Below, in pieces: positions 28,798 to 35,913 of a stretch of 40,078 nucleotides of DNA; the first letter of the stretch is position 1; the number at the start of each line of letters is the position of its first letter. Below the pieces are notes generated by a model that did no database searches, had not been told where the DNA came from, and saw only the letters and a list, made by a program, of their open reading frames with translations. Source of the DNA: a virus (Duplodnaviria; Heunggongvirae; Uroviricota; Caudoviricetes); IMG/VR virus record IMGVR_UViG_2671181094_000008, positions 1 through 40,078 of that record; one strand, 5' to 3'. Made by a program: the position numbers and the translations under genes.

Positions 28798-29652
28798 TCA
28801 GTCCCTCGCCCATGATGGGATTTCAGTCTGCCCGTAATCCTTCCCTGAGAAATTTTCGGCAACTCGCACCTGTTGACTTGGTTGAGGCTTGGCACCATTT
28901 GGCTCAAACAGGCCTTGCCAGCCATTGGCGATGCTGCGGTTGATAATTTCTTCGGGCGAGTAACCGTTCAGTCTGCAGCGGTCCAGCAGGTTGATAGCCT
29001 GGGTGACCGTCTGCTGAGACTTGATCGGCTTTTTCAGGTCGCGACGATATGCCACCCATGACGACCAGATTTCTGCAGAAAGCCAGTCAGGCAACTGAAC
29101 AGCTAACGCATCGAACGAAACCGCCCGGGGGGATTTAGGGGGGTTATTAATATTGTCTTTATTGTCTTTTGTATGTTTGTCTTTTGTGTTTACCTGATTC
29201 GGGTAATAGGCGTTACCTGATTCGGGTAAACTTTTCTTACCTGATTCGGGTAATGTTACCTTTTTCAGGTAAGGTTTTTTTTCTTTACCTTTTACGGGTA
29301 AAGATGACCATTCGCTGACCGTTTTATTAATCCCGATAACACGACCGGTTTGAGTTAATATCCCCCGCTTAACCAGGACGCTTTTTGCAGCTGAGCACTT
29401 ATGCGGGAGAATGCCGGTCAGCTCCGAGAGCTGCTCGTTACTGACCCAGTCAGATTTCTTGTTGAAGCCGTATGTTTTGCGCATGACAGCCATGAACACC
29501 AAAAGCTGATGCTGCGACAGACCCGCACGCATGACAGCTTCAAGGAGCTCATTGGCGATGCGCGTAAACCCATCGTCGAGATCTGCCACGCGCAGCTCCT
29601 GTAGTGCCACGACAGGCACAGGGAAATTGATTACCTCGGCAGTATTTGCCAT
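28798..29652 (-). CDS. Replication initiator, lambda O-like
   Basis: Position after cII, an internal iteron array with a K/D/N-rich linker in the reading frame, followed by the helicase-loader gene. Confidence 0.75.
   Translation of the reverse strand: MANTAEVINFPVPVVALQELRVADLDDGFTRIANELLEAVMRAGLSQHQLLVFMAVMRKTYGFNKKSDWVSNEQLSELTGILPHKCSAAKSVLVKRGILTQTGRVIGINKTVSEWSSLPVKGKEKKPYLKKVTLPESGKKSLPESGNAYYPNQVNTKDKHTKDNKDNINNPPKSPRAVSFDALAVQLPDWLSAEIWSSWVAYRRDLKKPIKSQQTVTQAINLLDRCRLNGYSPEEIINRSIANGWQGLFEPNGAKPQPSQQVRVAENFSGKDYGQTEIPSWARD
29144..29302. repeat. Replication origin: five iterons plus adjacent AT-rich tract inside the O-like gene
   Basis: Iterons TACCTGATTCGGGTAA at 29191..29206, 29214..29229, 29238..29253, with degenerate copies TACCTTTTTCAGGTAA (29257..29272) and TACCTTTTACGGGTAA (about 29287..29302); each is an internal palindrome TACC-N8-GGTA. 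AT-rich tract at 29144..29190. Confidence 0.75.
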
Positions 29653-29737
29653 AATTACTCCTGTGAATTGATCCAGTTAATTCGCGTAGAAAGCCGTTAG
29701 TGTTGCTGCACTGCGGCTTTCGCCTTTCTGTTCCCAC

Positions 29738-29959
29738 TCATGCTTCAAAATCACCTTTCTCTCCCGGCCTGTTAGAAATCAGGATGGCCAGCAGCAGCGA
29801 CATGTTCGGCAGCAGACTTTCCCGCCAGCGACTCACCGTCGACTTATTCACTCCGGCCACTTTGGCGATATTCGTGGTTCCCAGTTCAGCTATCTGGCTG
29901 TGTAACCAGCTTTCTATCCTGCGAGCCTCCACTTTGTTGCGTGTCGTTGAACTCTCCAT
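29738..29959 (-). CDS. CII-like transcriptional activator
   Basis: 73 aa, similar to lambda CII as I recall it (RIESWLHSQIAELGT...STVSRWRESLLP..MSLLLAIL); sits between cro and O. Confidence 0.65.
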   Translation of the reverse strand: MESSTTRNKVEARRIESWLHSQIAELGTTNIAKVAGVNKSTVSRWRESLLPNMSLLLAILISNRPGEKGDFEA

Positions 29960-29999
29960 TTGTGATACTTCCTCTGGTGTTGTTTGGAATGGCCGCTGG

Positions 30000-30227
30000 T
30001 TAGGCGGCCGGTGAATGCGCGCTCAGCAACTGAGCAAGGTCAGGCCTGATCTCTGCCGCCTTAATCTTGCCGTTGGTCGCAGACACGATTTTCATTACAT
30101 AGCGAGCGTCAATTCCGCCGCCATGCAGCCAGCGCCAAACTGTCGGCTGCGCTACGCCACACAGATCGGCCAATTTTTTCTGACTGCCAGCGATATCAAT
30201 TGCCTTCTGGATGGTTTTGTTCGTCAT
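30000..30227 (-). CDS. Cro-like HTH repressor
   Basis: Start MTNKTIQKAID preceded by AGGAA; first gene of the rightward operon, divergent from cI. Confidence 0.6.
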   Translation of the reverse strand: MTNKTIQKAIDIAGSQKKLADLCGVAQPTVWRWLHGGGIDARYVMKIVSATNGKIKAAEIRPDLAQLLSAHSPAA

Positions 30228-30259
30228 GTTCCAATTCCTATAAGTATTGGTGCAAAATG

Positions 30260-30288
30260 ATAATAGCAATGCGTATTGGTTTTAGCAA
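30260..30288 (-). promoter_or_regulatory. PR-like early promoter with embedded operator
   Basis: Minus strand TTGCTA, 17-nt spacer, TATTAT; operator palindrome CAATGCGTATTG (30267..30278) in the spacer. Confidence 0.55.
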
Positions 30289-30302
30289 TAGCAAAACGTG
30301 TT

Positions 30303-30330
30303 TTGACCAGTAATACGCAAGCGTATAAAT
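30303..30330 (+). promoter_or_regulatory. PRM-like promoter for cI with overlapping operator
   Basis: TTGACC, 15-16-nt spacer, TATAAA(T); near-palindrome ATACGCAAGCGTAT (30313..30326) in the spacer; transcript would be almost leaderless. Confidence 0.45.
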
Positions 30331-30338
30331 TTGAGATT

Positions 30339-31037
30339 ATGAAAAAAGAAACTCTTGCAGATCGTTTAAACGAGGCCATGGCTTCGGCTGGAATGTCACA
30401 AGGGGCGCTTGCGAAGGCCTCAGGTATTGCTCAGCCAACCATTTGGCGCCTGGTGAGTGGAAACGCCAGGGGTTCAACAAAAATTGTCGAGATAGCTAAT
30501 GCTTTGGGCGTCAGGTCTGAATGGTTATCAACCGGAAATGGACCGATGCGCGATGACGGCCAGCTCCCTCGCGCTGCCCAGGTTAAAAGCCAGGATACTG
30601 ATGCATTCAGGATTGATGTGCTGGACCTTATGGTTAGTGCCGGGCCGGGCATCGTGAACCAGGAGTTCGTCGAGATTCTCCGTTCTGTTGAGTATGAGCC
30701 AGCTGAAGCCCGGCACATGTTCGATGGGCGTAAGGCTGAGAACATCCGGATCATCAACGTCCGGGGCGACAGCATGTCTGGGACGATTGAGCCGGGTGAT
30801 CTGCTGTTCGTCGACATCAGCGTTAAGAGCTTCGACGGCGACGGGATATACGCCTTCCTGTACGACGACACTGCTCACGTCAAGCGCCTGCAGAAGATGA
30901 AGGATAAGCTGCTGGTTATCTCAGATAACAAGAGCTATGCCCCTTGGGAACCGATCGAGAAAGATGAGATGAATCGGGTGTTCGTGTTCGGCAAGGTGAT
31001 CGGCAGCATGCCGCAGACGTACAGGAAGCATGGGTAA
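30339..31037 (+). CDS. CI-like repressor (HTH plus S24 LexA-like autopeptidase domain)
   Basis: N-terminal HTH, C-terminal GDSMSG (Ser nucleophile) and VKRL (Lys); divergent from cro. Start MKKETLADRL chosen over the upstream ATG to leave room for the operators. Confidence 0.85.
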   Translation: MKKETLADRLNEAMASAGMSQGALAKASGIAQPTIWRLVSGNARGSTKIVEIANALGVRSEWLSTGNGPMRDDGQLPRAAQVKSQDTDAFRIDVLDLMVSAGPGIVNQEFVEILRSVEYEPAEARHMFDGRKAENIRIINVRGDSMSGTIEPGDLLFVDISVKSFDGDGIYAFLYDDTAHVKRLQKMKDKLLVISDNKSYAPWEPIEKDEMNRVFVFGKVIGSMPQTYRKHG

Positions 31038-31059
31038 AGCCTTAGCACACAGAGGAAGC

Positions 31060-31179
31060 ATGTCTGATCTGATTATCCCAATACTCATTACTTTGCTGAT
31101 TATCGGGCTGGTTGGGATCGTGCTCAGGCTAGATAAGATTTTCTTCAAGCGAAGGGATGAGCGGGATGACTTTGAATAA
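31060..31179 (+). CDS. Small hydrophobic membrane peptide (39 aa), absent from the ORF track
   Basis: MSDLIIPILITLLIIGLVGIVLRLDKIFFKRRDERDDFE: one TM helix and charged tail; GAGG 4 nt upstream of the ATG; 22 nt downstream of the cI stop. Confidence 0.4.
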   Translation: MSDLIIPILITLLIIGLVGIVLRLDKIFFKRRDERDDFE

Positions 31180-31304
31180 GCCAGACCGGTAGTTCGATGT
31201 GTTTTTGGTAATGCCGAAGACGTACAGGAAGCATGGATAGCCAGCCAGTGGCCTGACAAGGTGTTTGGGTGATGAGAAGATAGCAATAACTTAGAGGCTT
31301 AAAT

Positions 31305-32069
31305 GTGATCAGAATAGGAAGGTTACTACCTGGCGGCATTGCAATTGACGAAGGGCAACATCACCCGATAAAGGGCGTTGCTCTTTTGATAAAAGAAAAT
31401 AGCGAACCAGAAGAGATTGTTGTTTTTGCAAAAGAAATATCTTCTAGGAGCATTTCTATAGAAATAACCTGCGCAGCCTTGGGAAGAGCTCTATCCCTGC
31501 CTATACCCGAGCCAGTACTACTGTTTGACAGCTCAAACAAAGCATTTTTTGGTAGTGTTGATGCTACCTATCCGAGTTTCATGAAGTATGTTTCTAACTC
31601 TTCAGATCAGGCCGTTTCTGATGCTTTGGCATCATGGCCGTTATTGAAAAAAGCTAGCTATTTTGATGAGTGGATTGCGATGGATGACCGTCACAACGGA
31701 AATTTGCTTTTCAATGGTGATGGTTTCTTCCTGATAGACCATGAATCGGCAATTCCCCAAGGTCTTGCCCCTGACCTTTTCGGGATAGATTATTACTCCA
31801 ATCAATTGCTGCAGGTAGCAACTTACATACTCGATAGAAGTAATGATATAGCCGTTCAGATGATGGCAAATGAGGCGAGAGCTTGGACCATGTCTTGCAA
31901 GAGTAACACCCTAACGCTATTAGATGGAGAGATATCCGAAACAGTTCAAGGTAAAGAGAAAAATCAAATAATGTCTTTCCTTTCATCTAGAATTGAGTTA
32001 CTAGGAGACATTCTTTATGATCAAATCAAGCCCCAACAAACACAGATGATATACGATGCTAAATCTTGA
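31305..32069 (+). CDS. HipA / PI3-4-kinase-like fold protein
   Basis: GTG start with AGAGG 8 nt upstream; catalytic-loop-like DRHNGNLLF and downstream FFLIDHES; AT-rich; co-oriented downstream of cI. Confidence 0.5.
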   Translation: MIRIGRLLPGGIAIDEGQHHPIKGVALLIKENSEPEEIVVFAKEISSRSISIEITCAALGRALSLPIPEPVLLFDSSNKAFFGSVDATYPSFMKYVSNSSDQAVSDALASWPLLKKASYFDEWIAMDDRHNGNLLFNGDGFFLIDHESAIPQGLAPDLFGIDYYSNQLLQVATYILDRSNDIAVQMMANEARAWTMSCKSNTLTLLDGEISETVQGKEKNQIMSFLSSRIELLGDILYDQIKPQQTQMIYDAKS

Positions 32070-32937
32070 TCAGCTTCTTAAGTCAGCTCCTGCTATGCCT
32101 GCAACATCAGGGCGCTGGGCATCTGTTTATCTTGAACCAATGATCGGCTCAGGAGAGCGGCTCACGGTAGCAGTTGCCACGATAACATCATCTGGTGAAA
32201 TTTTAGTTAAGCCGGCAATCAGAAAAGAAGTTATAGAAGCTATGTATGGCTTCAAAGCACCAGCATTTATCAATGTGGTTGATCTGATTTTGTCGAGTTT
32301 GAAGTTGCATCTGGCTGCTAAGGGGGATTTCGTATCATGGCATCCTCCAGTTACAGGCGTCACTATAAGCGCCGTAAGGAATGCTGCGTCATCAAGCCCT
32401 GTTGGCATACTCCGCCAAGCGGTATCATTGTCATCGAGTTTGTCATCACTCCTTGAGGCTGAAGAAGATTCCGATGGGTTGCCAGCTAAGCAATCAAGAA
32501 CTAAAGACAGGTGGCCAATTCAAATCTTTGATGCGGTTATCAGCGCTGACGGACGCAGGGATATTTTTTTCAATAGAAGCTTCACCTTTAGTGATGGACA
32601 CAGACCGGCTAAAATTTTCTATCTAAGCGATCATGCAGCTATCAACACCGGAAAACTGTTACCCCACAACTTGAATGAGCAGGTTAAGGATGGAAAAGCA
32701 AAAATATCTGACTTATCAATGATAAAAAGGCAAGGCGATATTTTTCCAAGAGAAACTCATCAAATGATTATCTACAAACCGGAAGATGATAGCCCTGCAT
32801 ACAATGATAGGCACATAGCATCAATAAATAGTGCGTACCTTTCTTTACAGGACTTGGCTAACACCTACGATGTATCAATCACTTCTGTAAGCACTGCCGA
32901 GCATGCAGCAAGGTTAATATTGCAAACTGCAGCATAA
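32056..32937 (+). CDS. Hypothetical protein, translationally coupled partner of the kinase-like gene
   Basis: 293 aa; start overlaps the upstream gene by 14 nt; no motif I recognise; AT-rich. Confidence 0.5.
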   Translation: MLNLDQLLKSAPAMPATSGRWASVYLEPMIGSGERLTVAVATITSSGEILVKPAIRKEVIEAMYGFKAPAFINVVDLILSSLKLHLAAKGDFVSWHPPVTGVTISAVRNAASSSPVGILRQAVSLSSSLSSLLEAEEDSDGLPAKQSRTKDRWPIQIFDAVISADGRRDIFFNRSFTFSDGHRPAKIFYLSDHAAINTGKLLPHNLNEQVKDGKAKISDLSMIKRQGDIFPRETHQMIIYKPEDDSPAYNDRHIASINSAYLSLQDLANTYDVSITSVSTAEHAARLILQTAA

Positions 32938-32945
32938 CTTTTGAT

Positions 32946-32970
32946 CCGGCCACCGCGCCGGGTTTTTACT
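32946..32970 (+). terminator. Rho-independent terminator ending the cI-cassette operon
   Basis: CCGGC-loop-GCCGG hairpin followed by GTTTTTAC immediately after the cassette stop. Confidence 0.5.
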
Positions 32971-32973
32971 GCC

Positions 32974-33177
32974 CTACTCTTCCCTCAGCATCAGCACGTC
33001 CAGCGCCAACTCCACAGCCAGATCGACCTGGTCTTCCTGCCACAACACCTGAATCATCTCTATCAGCGCCTCTCTTGATGGCTCGCGCCTCTCAACCAGC
33101 AGCTGCATAACCGCTATCCCGATGACCTGCGCAATCTGCGGGTGCATCTCTGCGAAAAACTCATCCTCATTCGACAT
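32974..33177 (-). CDS. Small acidic hypothetical protein, convergent with the cI operon
   Basis: Start MSNEDEFFAEMHPQ chosen; gene begins at the edge of the OL-like operator region. Confidence 0.4.
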   Translation of the reverse strand: MSNEDEFFAEMHPQIAQVIGIAVMQLLVERREPSREALIEMIQVLWQEDQVDLAVELALDVLMLREE

Positions 33178-33289
33178 GGCGCTACCCTTTTTGGCGTTTT
33201 TTTGAGCATAACAGCACAATAGGAAAAAATAAATTCATTTAGCTATCAATGATTTAATAGCAATAGCTATCAAATAATAACAATACGTA

Positions 33290-33318
33290 TTGCTATGGTT
33301 AATACTCATTGCTATTAT
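33290..33318 (+). promoter_or_regulatory. pL-like early-left promoter with OL-type operators
   Basis: TTGCTA, 17-nt spacer, TATTAT (same architecture as PR); perfect palindrome CAATACGTATTG at 33281..33292 overlapping the -35, plus TAGCAATAGC-type repeats upstream. Confidence 0.55.
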
Positions 33319-33397
33319 CATCTCATCCAAACAACACCGGCAACGCCGGGGTGAAGTCAAAACGTCCCGTTAGCCGCGATAAGGCAAAGGTGAAGAG

Positions 33398-33505
33398 ATG
33401 ATCCGCGAAGAAGACAAGCCTGCATGGCGTAATTTTTGGTTAAAGGTCGTTCCGTTTTTGGTTGCTGTTCTCGCAGTTAGCTATCCGTGCTGGGGTGGCA
33501 AATGA
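33398..33505 (+). CDS. Small membrane peptide (35 aa), first gene after pL
   Basis: MIREEDKPAWRNFWLKVVPFLVAVLAVSYPCWGGK; AGGTGA 6 nt upstream; ATGA overlap with the next ORF; not in the ORF track. Confidence 0.35.
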   Translation: MIREEDKPAWRNFWLKVVPFLVAVLAVSYPCWGGK

Positions 33506-33612
33506 GCAAACAAGGCATTCGTTCACTGATTTACTGCCTGCTGATCTGCGGCGTTATCTGGTCGGCTGTTGTTATCAAAATTCTGCACGTTACGGGGGTG
33601 TTCAATGGCTAA
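33502..33612 (+). CDS. Small membrane peptide (36 aa)
   Basis: MSKQGIRSLIYCLLICGVIWSAVVIKILHVTGVFNG; overlaps both neighbours; not in the ORF track. Confidence 0.35.
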   Translation: MSKQGIRSLIYCLLICGVIWSAVVIKILHVTGVFNG

Positions 33613-33799
33613 CTCAATTCCTAACAGCGGACGCGCCGTGATGATGCGTAACGCTAAAACTGGCGCCACCTGGAAGGTTTCACGTGACTACCTGAAAGAA
33701 ACCTTCTGGTTCGAGCCACAGGGCAACCTGCGCCACATTCGCAAAGCATTTGAGGCACGCGACCTGCTGCCGAATCTGGTTCCAGCCGGGACGCATTAA
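33605..33799 (+). CDS. Hypothetical protein (64 aa)
   Basis: Start MANSIPNSGRAV with a G-rich Shine-Dalgarno upstream; third of three overlapping small genes. Confidence 0.4.
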   Translation: MANSIPNSGRAVMMRNAKTGATWKVSRDYLKETFWFEPQGNLRHIRKAFEARDLLPNLVPAGTH

Positions 33800-33886
33800 C
33801 CGCGCATATCAGCGCACGAATTTAACTGAGCTATCAGGCAGCCAATACGGTGCCGGGATTCTTACAACCAAATTTCAGGGGAAACC

Positions 33887-34858
33887 ATGAGCGAAATAAT
33901 GGATTTAGTCGTCATCGAGAAAAAGAACGCGATGGCGGTTTTCACCAATAACGACCAACTCGATCCGCTTATCGAAGCGATCGAAAAAGAGGCTCGCAGT
34001 CTGGTGCCGGACGTGACCACCAAAAAAGGCCGCGATGCTATCGCATCCATGGCTCACAAGGTCGCGCGCTCTAAAACCTACATCGACAACGCAGGTAAAG
34101 CCCTGGTCGCTGAGCTGAAGGCGCTGCCAAAGCAGATTGATGAAAGCCGCCGCGTTGTCCGTGAGCGTCTCGATGCACTGAAAGATGAAGTGCGTCGCCC
34201 GTTGACCGAATGGGAGGCGGAGCAGGAACGCATTAAGGCCGAAGAAACCATGAACGCCCTTCACGTCGAAGCACTGGCCATGAATGAAGAGTTCGATCGG
34301 CAGCTGGCAGCTCGGATTGAGTCTGACCACGAAATGGCCCTGCTGATGAATGACGCTTTCGACCGAGAGCAGGCGGATAAAGCAGCTGAGGCTGAGCGCC
34401 AGCGCATTGCCCATGAAGAAGAAATTAAGCGAATGGCAGCCGCCGCAGCAGCCCGAGAAGTTGAGCAGCGCGCACAGCGTGAACGTGAAGAAGCGGCGCA
34501 TCGCGAAGCTGTGTTGAAAGCACAAGCTGAGCAGGCAGAGCGAGATCGCATTGCAGCCGAGAAGAAAGCTGAGGCTGACAAGCAGGCCGCTATCGAAGCG
34601 GAGCGCCGCAAAGCTCAGGAGGAAGCCGATCGCATCCGCCGCGAGGCAGAGCAACGCGAACAGGCCCGCCTGGCTGAGGAGAAACGTAAAGCCGATGAGC
34701 AGGCTCGCCGCGAAGCCGACGTTAAGCACCGCAAGGCTGTAGGCACTGAAATCGTCAAAGCTCTTCTGGCCAATACCAGCCTTACTCGGGATCAGGCTAT
34801 CGAGGTGCTTACAGCGGTTAAAGACGGCTGCATTCCCCATACCGGTATCAGTTACTGA
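33887..34858 (+). CDS. Coiled-coil protein with E/R/A/Q-rich central domain
   Basis: 323 aa; AGGGGA Shine-Dalgarno; long charged heptad-like region AEQERIKAEE...REAEQREQARLAEEKRKADEQARREAD. Confidence 0.5.
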   Translation: MSEIMDLVVIEKKNAMAVFTNNDQLDPLIEAIEKEARSLVPDVTTKKGRDAIASMAHKVARSKTYIDNAGKALVAELKALPKQIDESRRVVRERLDALKDEVRRPLTEWEAEQERIKAEETMNALHVEALAMNEEFDRQLAARIESDHEMALLMNDAFDREQADKAAEAERQRIAHEEEIKRMAAAAAAREVEQRAQREREEAAHREAVLKAQAEQAERDRIAAEKKAEADKQAAIEAERRKAQEEADRIRREAEQREQARLAEEKRKADEQARREADVKHRKAVGTEIVKALLANTSLTRDQAIEVLTAVKDGCIPHTGISY

Positions 34859-34859
34859 G

Positions 34860-35150
34860 GTGCTTATGAACGCATACCGCGCATACGACGCTATCGAAGA
34901 AAGGAAATGGGCTGAACAGTCGCTAACCGAAGAGAAGCAAAAGTGGATTGACGATCGGGCGCAGGAAATTATCGACGCCCTGCCGAAAGAGCCGTCAGGT
35001 CTGTTCCGCTTCTCTGTGCCGATGGACAAAAGCCCATACGAAGGCCTCCGCAGCGATGCAGCTGGCGAGGCATATAACGATCTCATCTCGGCAGTAGCTT
35101 ACGCCCAGGCGGAATACGACTGGGATCACCGCACCGGCTGCCCGTTTTAA
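34860..35150 (+). CDS. Hypothetical protein
   Basis: 96-aa ORF starting 2 nt after the upstream stop. Confidence 0.4.
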   Translation: MLMNAYRAYDAIEERKWAEQSLTEEKQKWIDDRAQEIIDALPKEPSGLFRFSVPMDKSPYEGLRSDAAGEAYNDLISAVAYAQAEYDWDHRTGCPF

Positions 35151-35166
35151 CTTTGAGGGGAATTCT

Positions 35167-35913
35167 ATGAGCACAGCACTTTCTACAATGGCCGGGAAGC
35201 TTGCCTCCCGCCTCGGCATGGATGCCGGAACTGACCTGATGAACACTCTGAAAAATACAGCATTTAAGGGTGGGAATGTCACTGATGAGCAGTTCACGGC
35301 ACTGCTGATCGTCGCCAACCAGTACGGACTAAATCCGTGGACGAAGGAGATTTATGCATTCCCGGATAAAGGCGGAATTGTTCCAGTGGTCGGCGTTGAC
35401 GGCTGGGCTCGAATCATCAACGAACATCCTCAGTTTGATGGAATGGAGTTTGCCTACGACAAGGAAGAAGGCGCGTGTACCTGCAAGATATACCGGAAAG
35501 ACCGCACACACCCGACCATCGTTACTGAGTACATGGGAGAGTGCAAACGCAACACTCAGCCATGGCAGTCCCACCCTACCCGTATGCTTCGTCACAAGAC
35601 GCTGATCCAGTGTGCGCGTCTCGCATTTGGGTTTGCTGGCATCTTCGATCAGGACGAAGCCGAACGTGTCATTGAAGGGAGTGCGACAGAGGTTCATGTA
35701 GGGCATGAATCGGATGATCGCCGCCCGGAACTGATCGCAAAAGGCGAGTCTGCCGCACGCCTTGGAACTGTTAAGTATCAGGAATTCTGGGTGGCGTTAA
35801 GCGCAGAAGAGAAACAGGTTATCGGCGCGGTTGAGAAGCGTCGCATGTATGACATGAGCCTTGCAGTCGACAACGCAGAACCTGTCGATGCCGCAGCGCC
35901 GGAGGATAAATGA
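35167..35913 (+). CDS. RecT-family single-strand annealing recombinase
   Basis: Contains NQYGLNPW...EIYAF and other RecT-like segments; followed by the YqaJ-type exonuclease. Confidence 0.8.
   Translation: MSTALSTMAGKLASRLGMDAGTDLMNTLKNTAFKGGNVTDEQFTALLIVANQYGLNPWTKEIYAFPDKGGIVPVVGVDGWARIINEHPQFDGMEFAYDKEEGACTCKIYRKDRTHPTIVTEYMGECKRNTQPWQSHPTRMLRHKTLIQCARLAFGFAGIFDQDEAERVIEGSATEVHVGHESDDRRPELIAKGESAARLGTVKYQEFWVALSAEEKQVIGAVEKRRMYDMSLAVDNAEPVDAAAPEDK

Noticed and set aside
29140-29305. Regularly spaced short repeats considered as a possible CRISPR array
   Set aside because: Repeats are 16 bp, internally palindromic and lie in-frame within the O-like gene next to an AT-rich tract: origin iterons, not CRISPR repeats with unique spacers.
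29700-30014. Plus-strand 104-aa ORF overlapping cII
   Set aside because: Antisense to the well-supported cII-like gene, with no independent signals.
30276-30338. Longer cI start at 30276 (MVLAIAKRVL...)
   Set aside because: It would place coding sequence over the operator and promoter palindromes; the internal ATG at 30339 is preferred, though not proven.
30431-30900. Minus- and plus-frame ORFs within cI (146, 116 and 70 aa)
   Set aside because: Overlap the repressor gene, which has clear catalytic motifs; alternative frames lack start context.
33905-35086. Long minus-strand ORF (393 aa) and the nested 34261..34611 ORF
   Set aside because: Antisense shadows of the plus-strand coiled-coil gene: Ser/Ala/Cys/Leu-rich low-complexity translation, no ribosome-binding site, and the plus-strand gene fits the operon.
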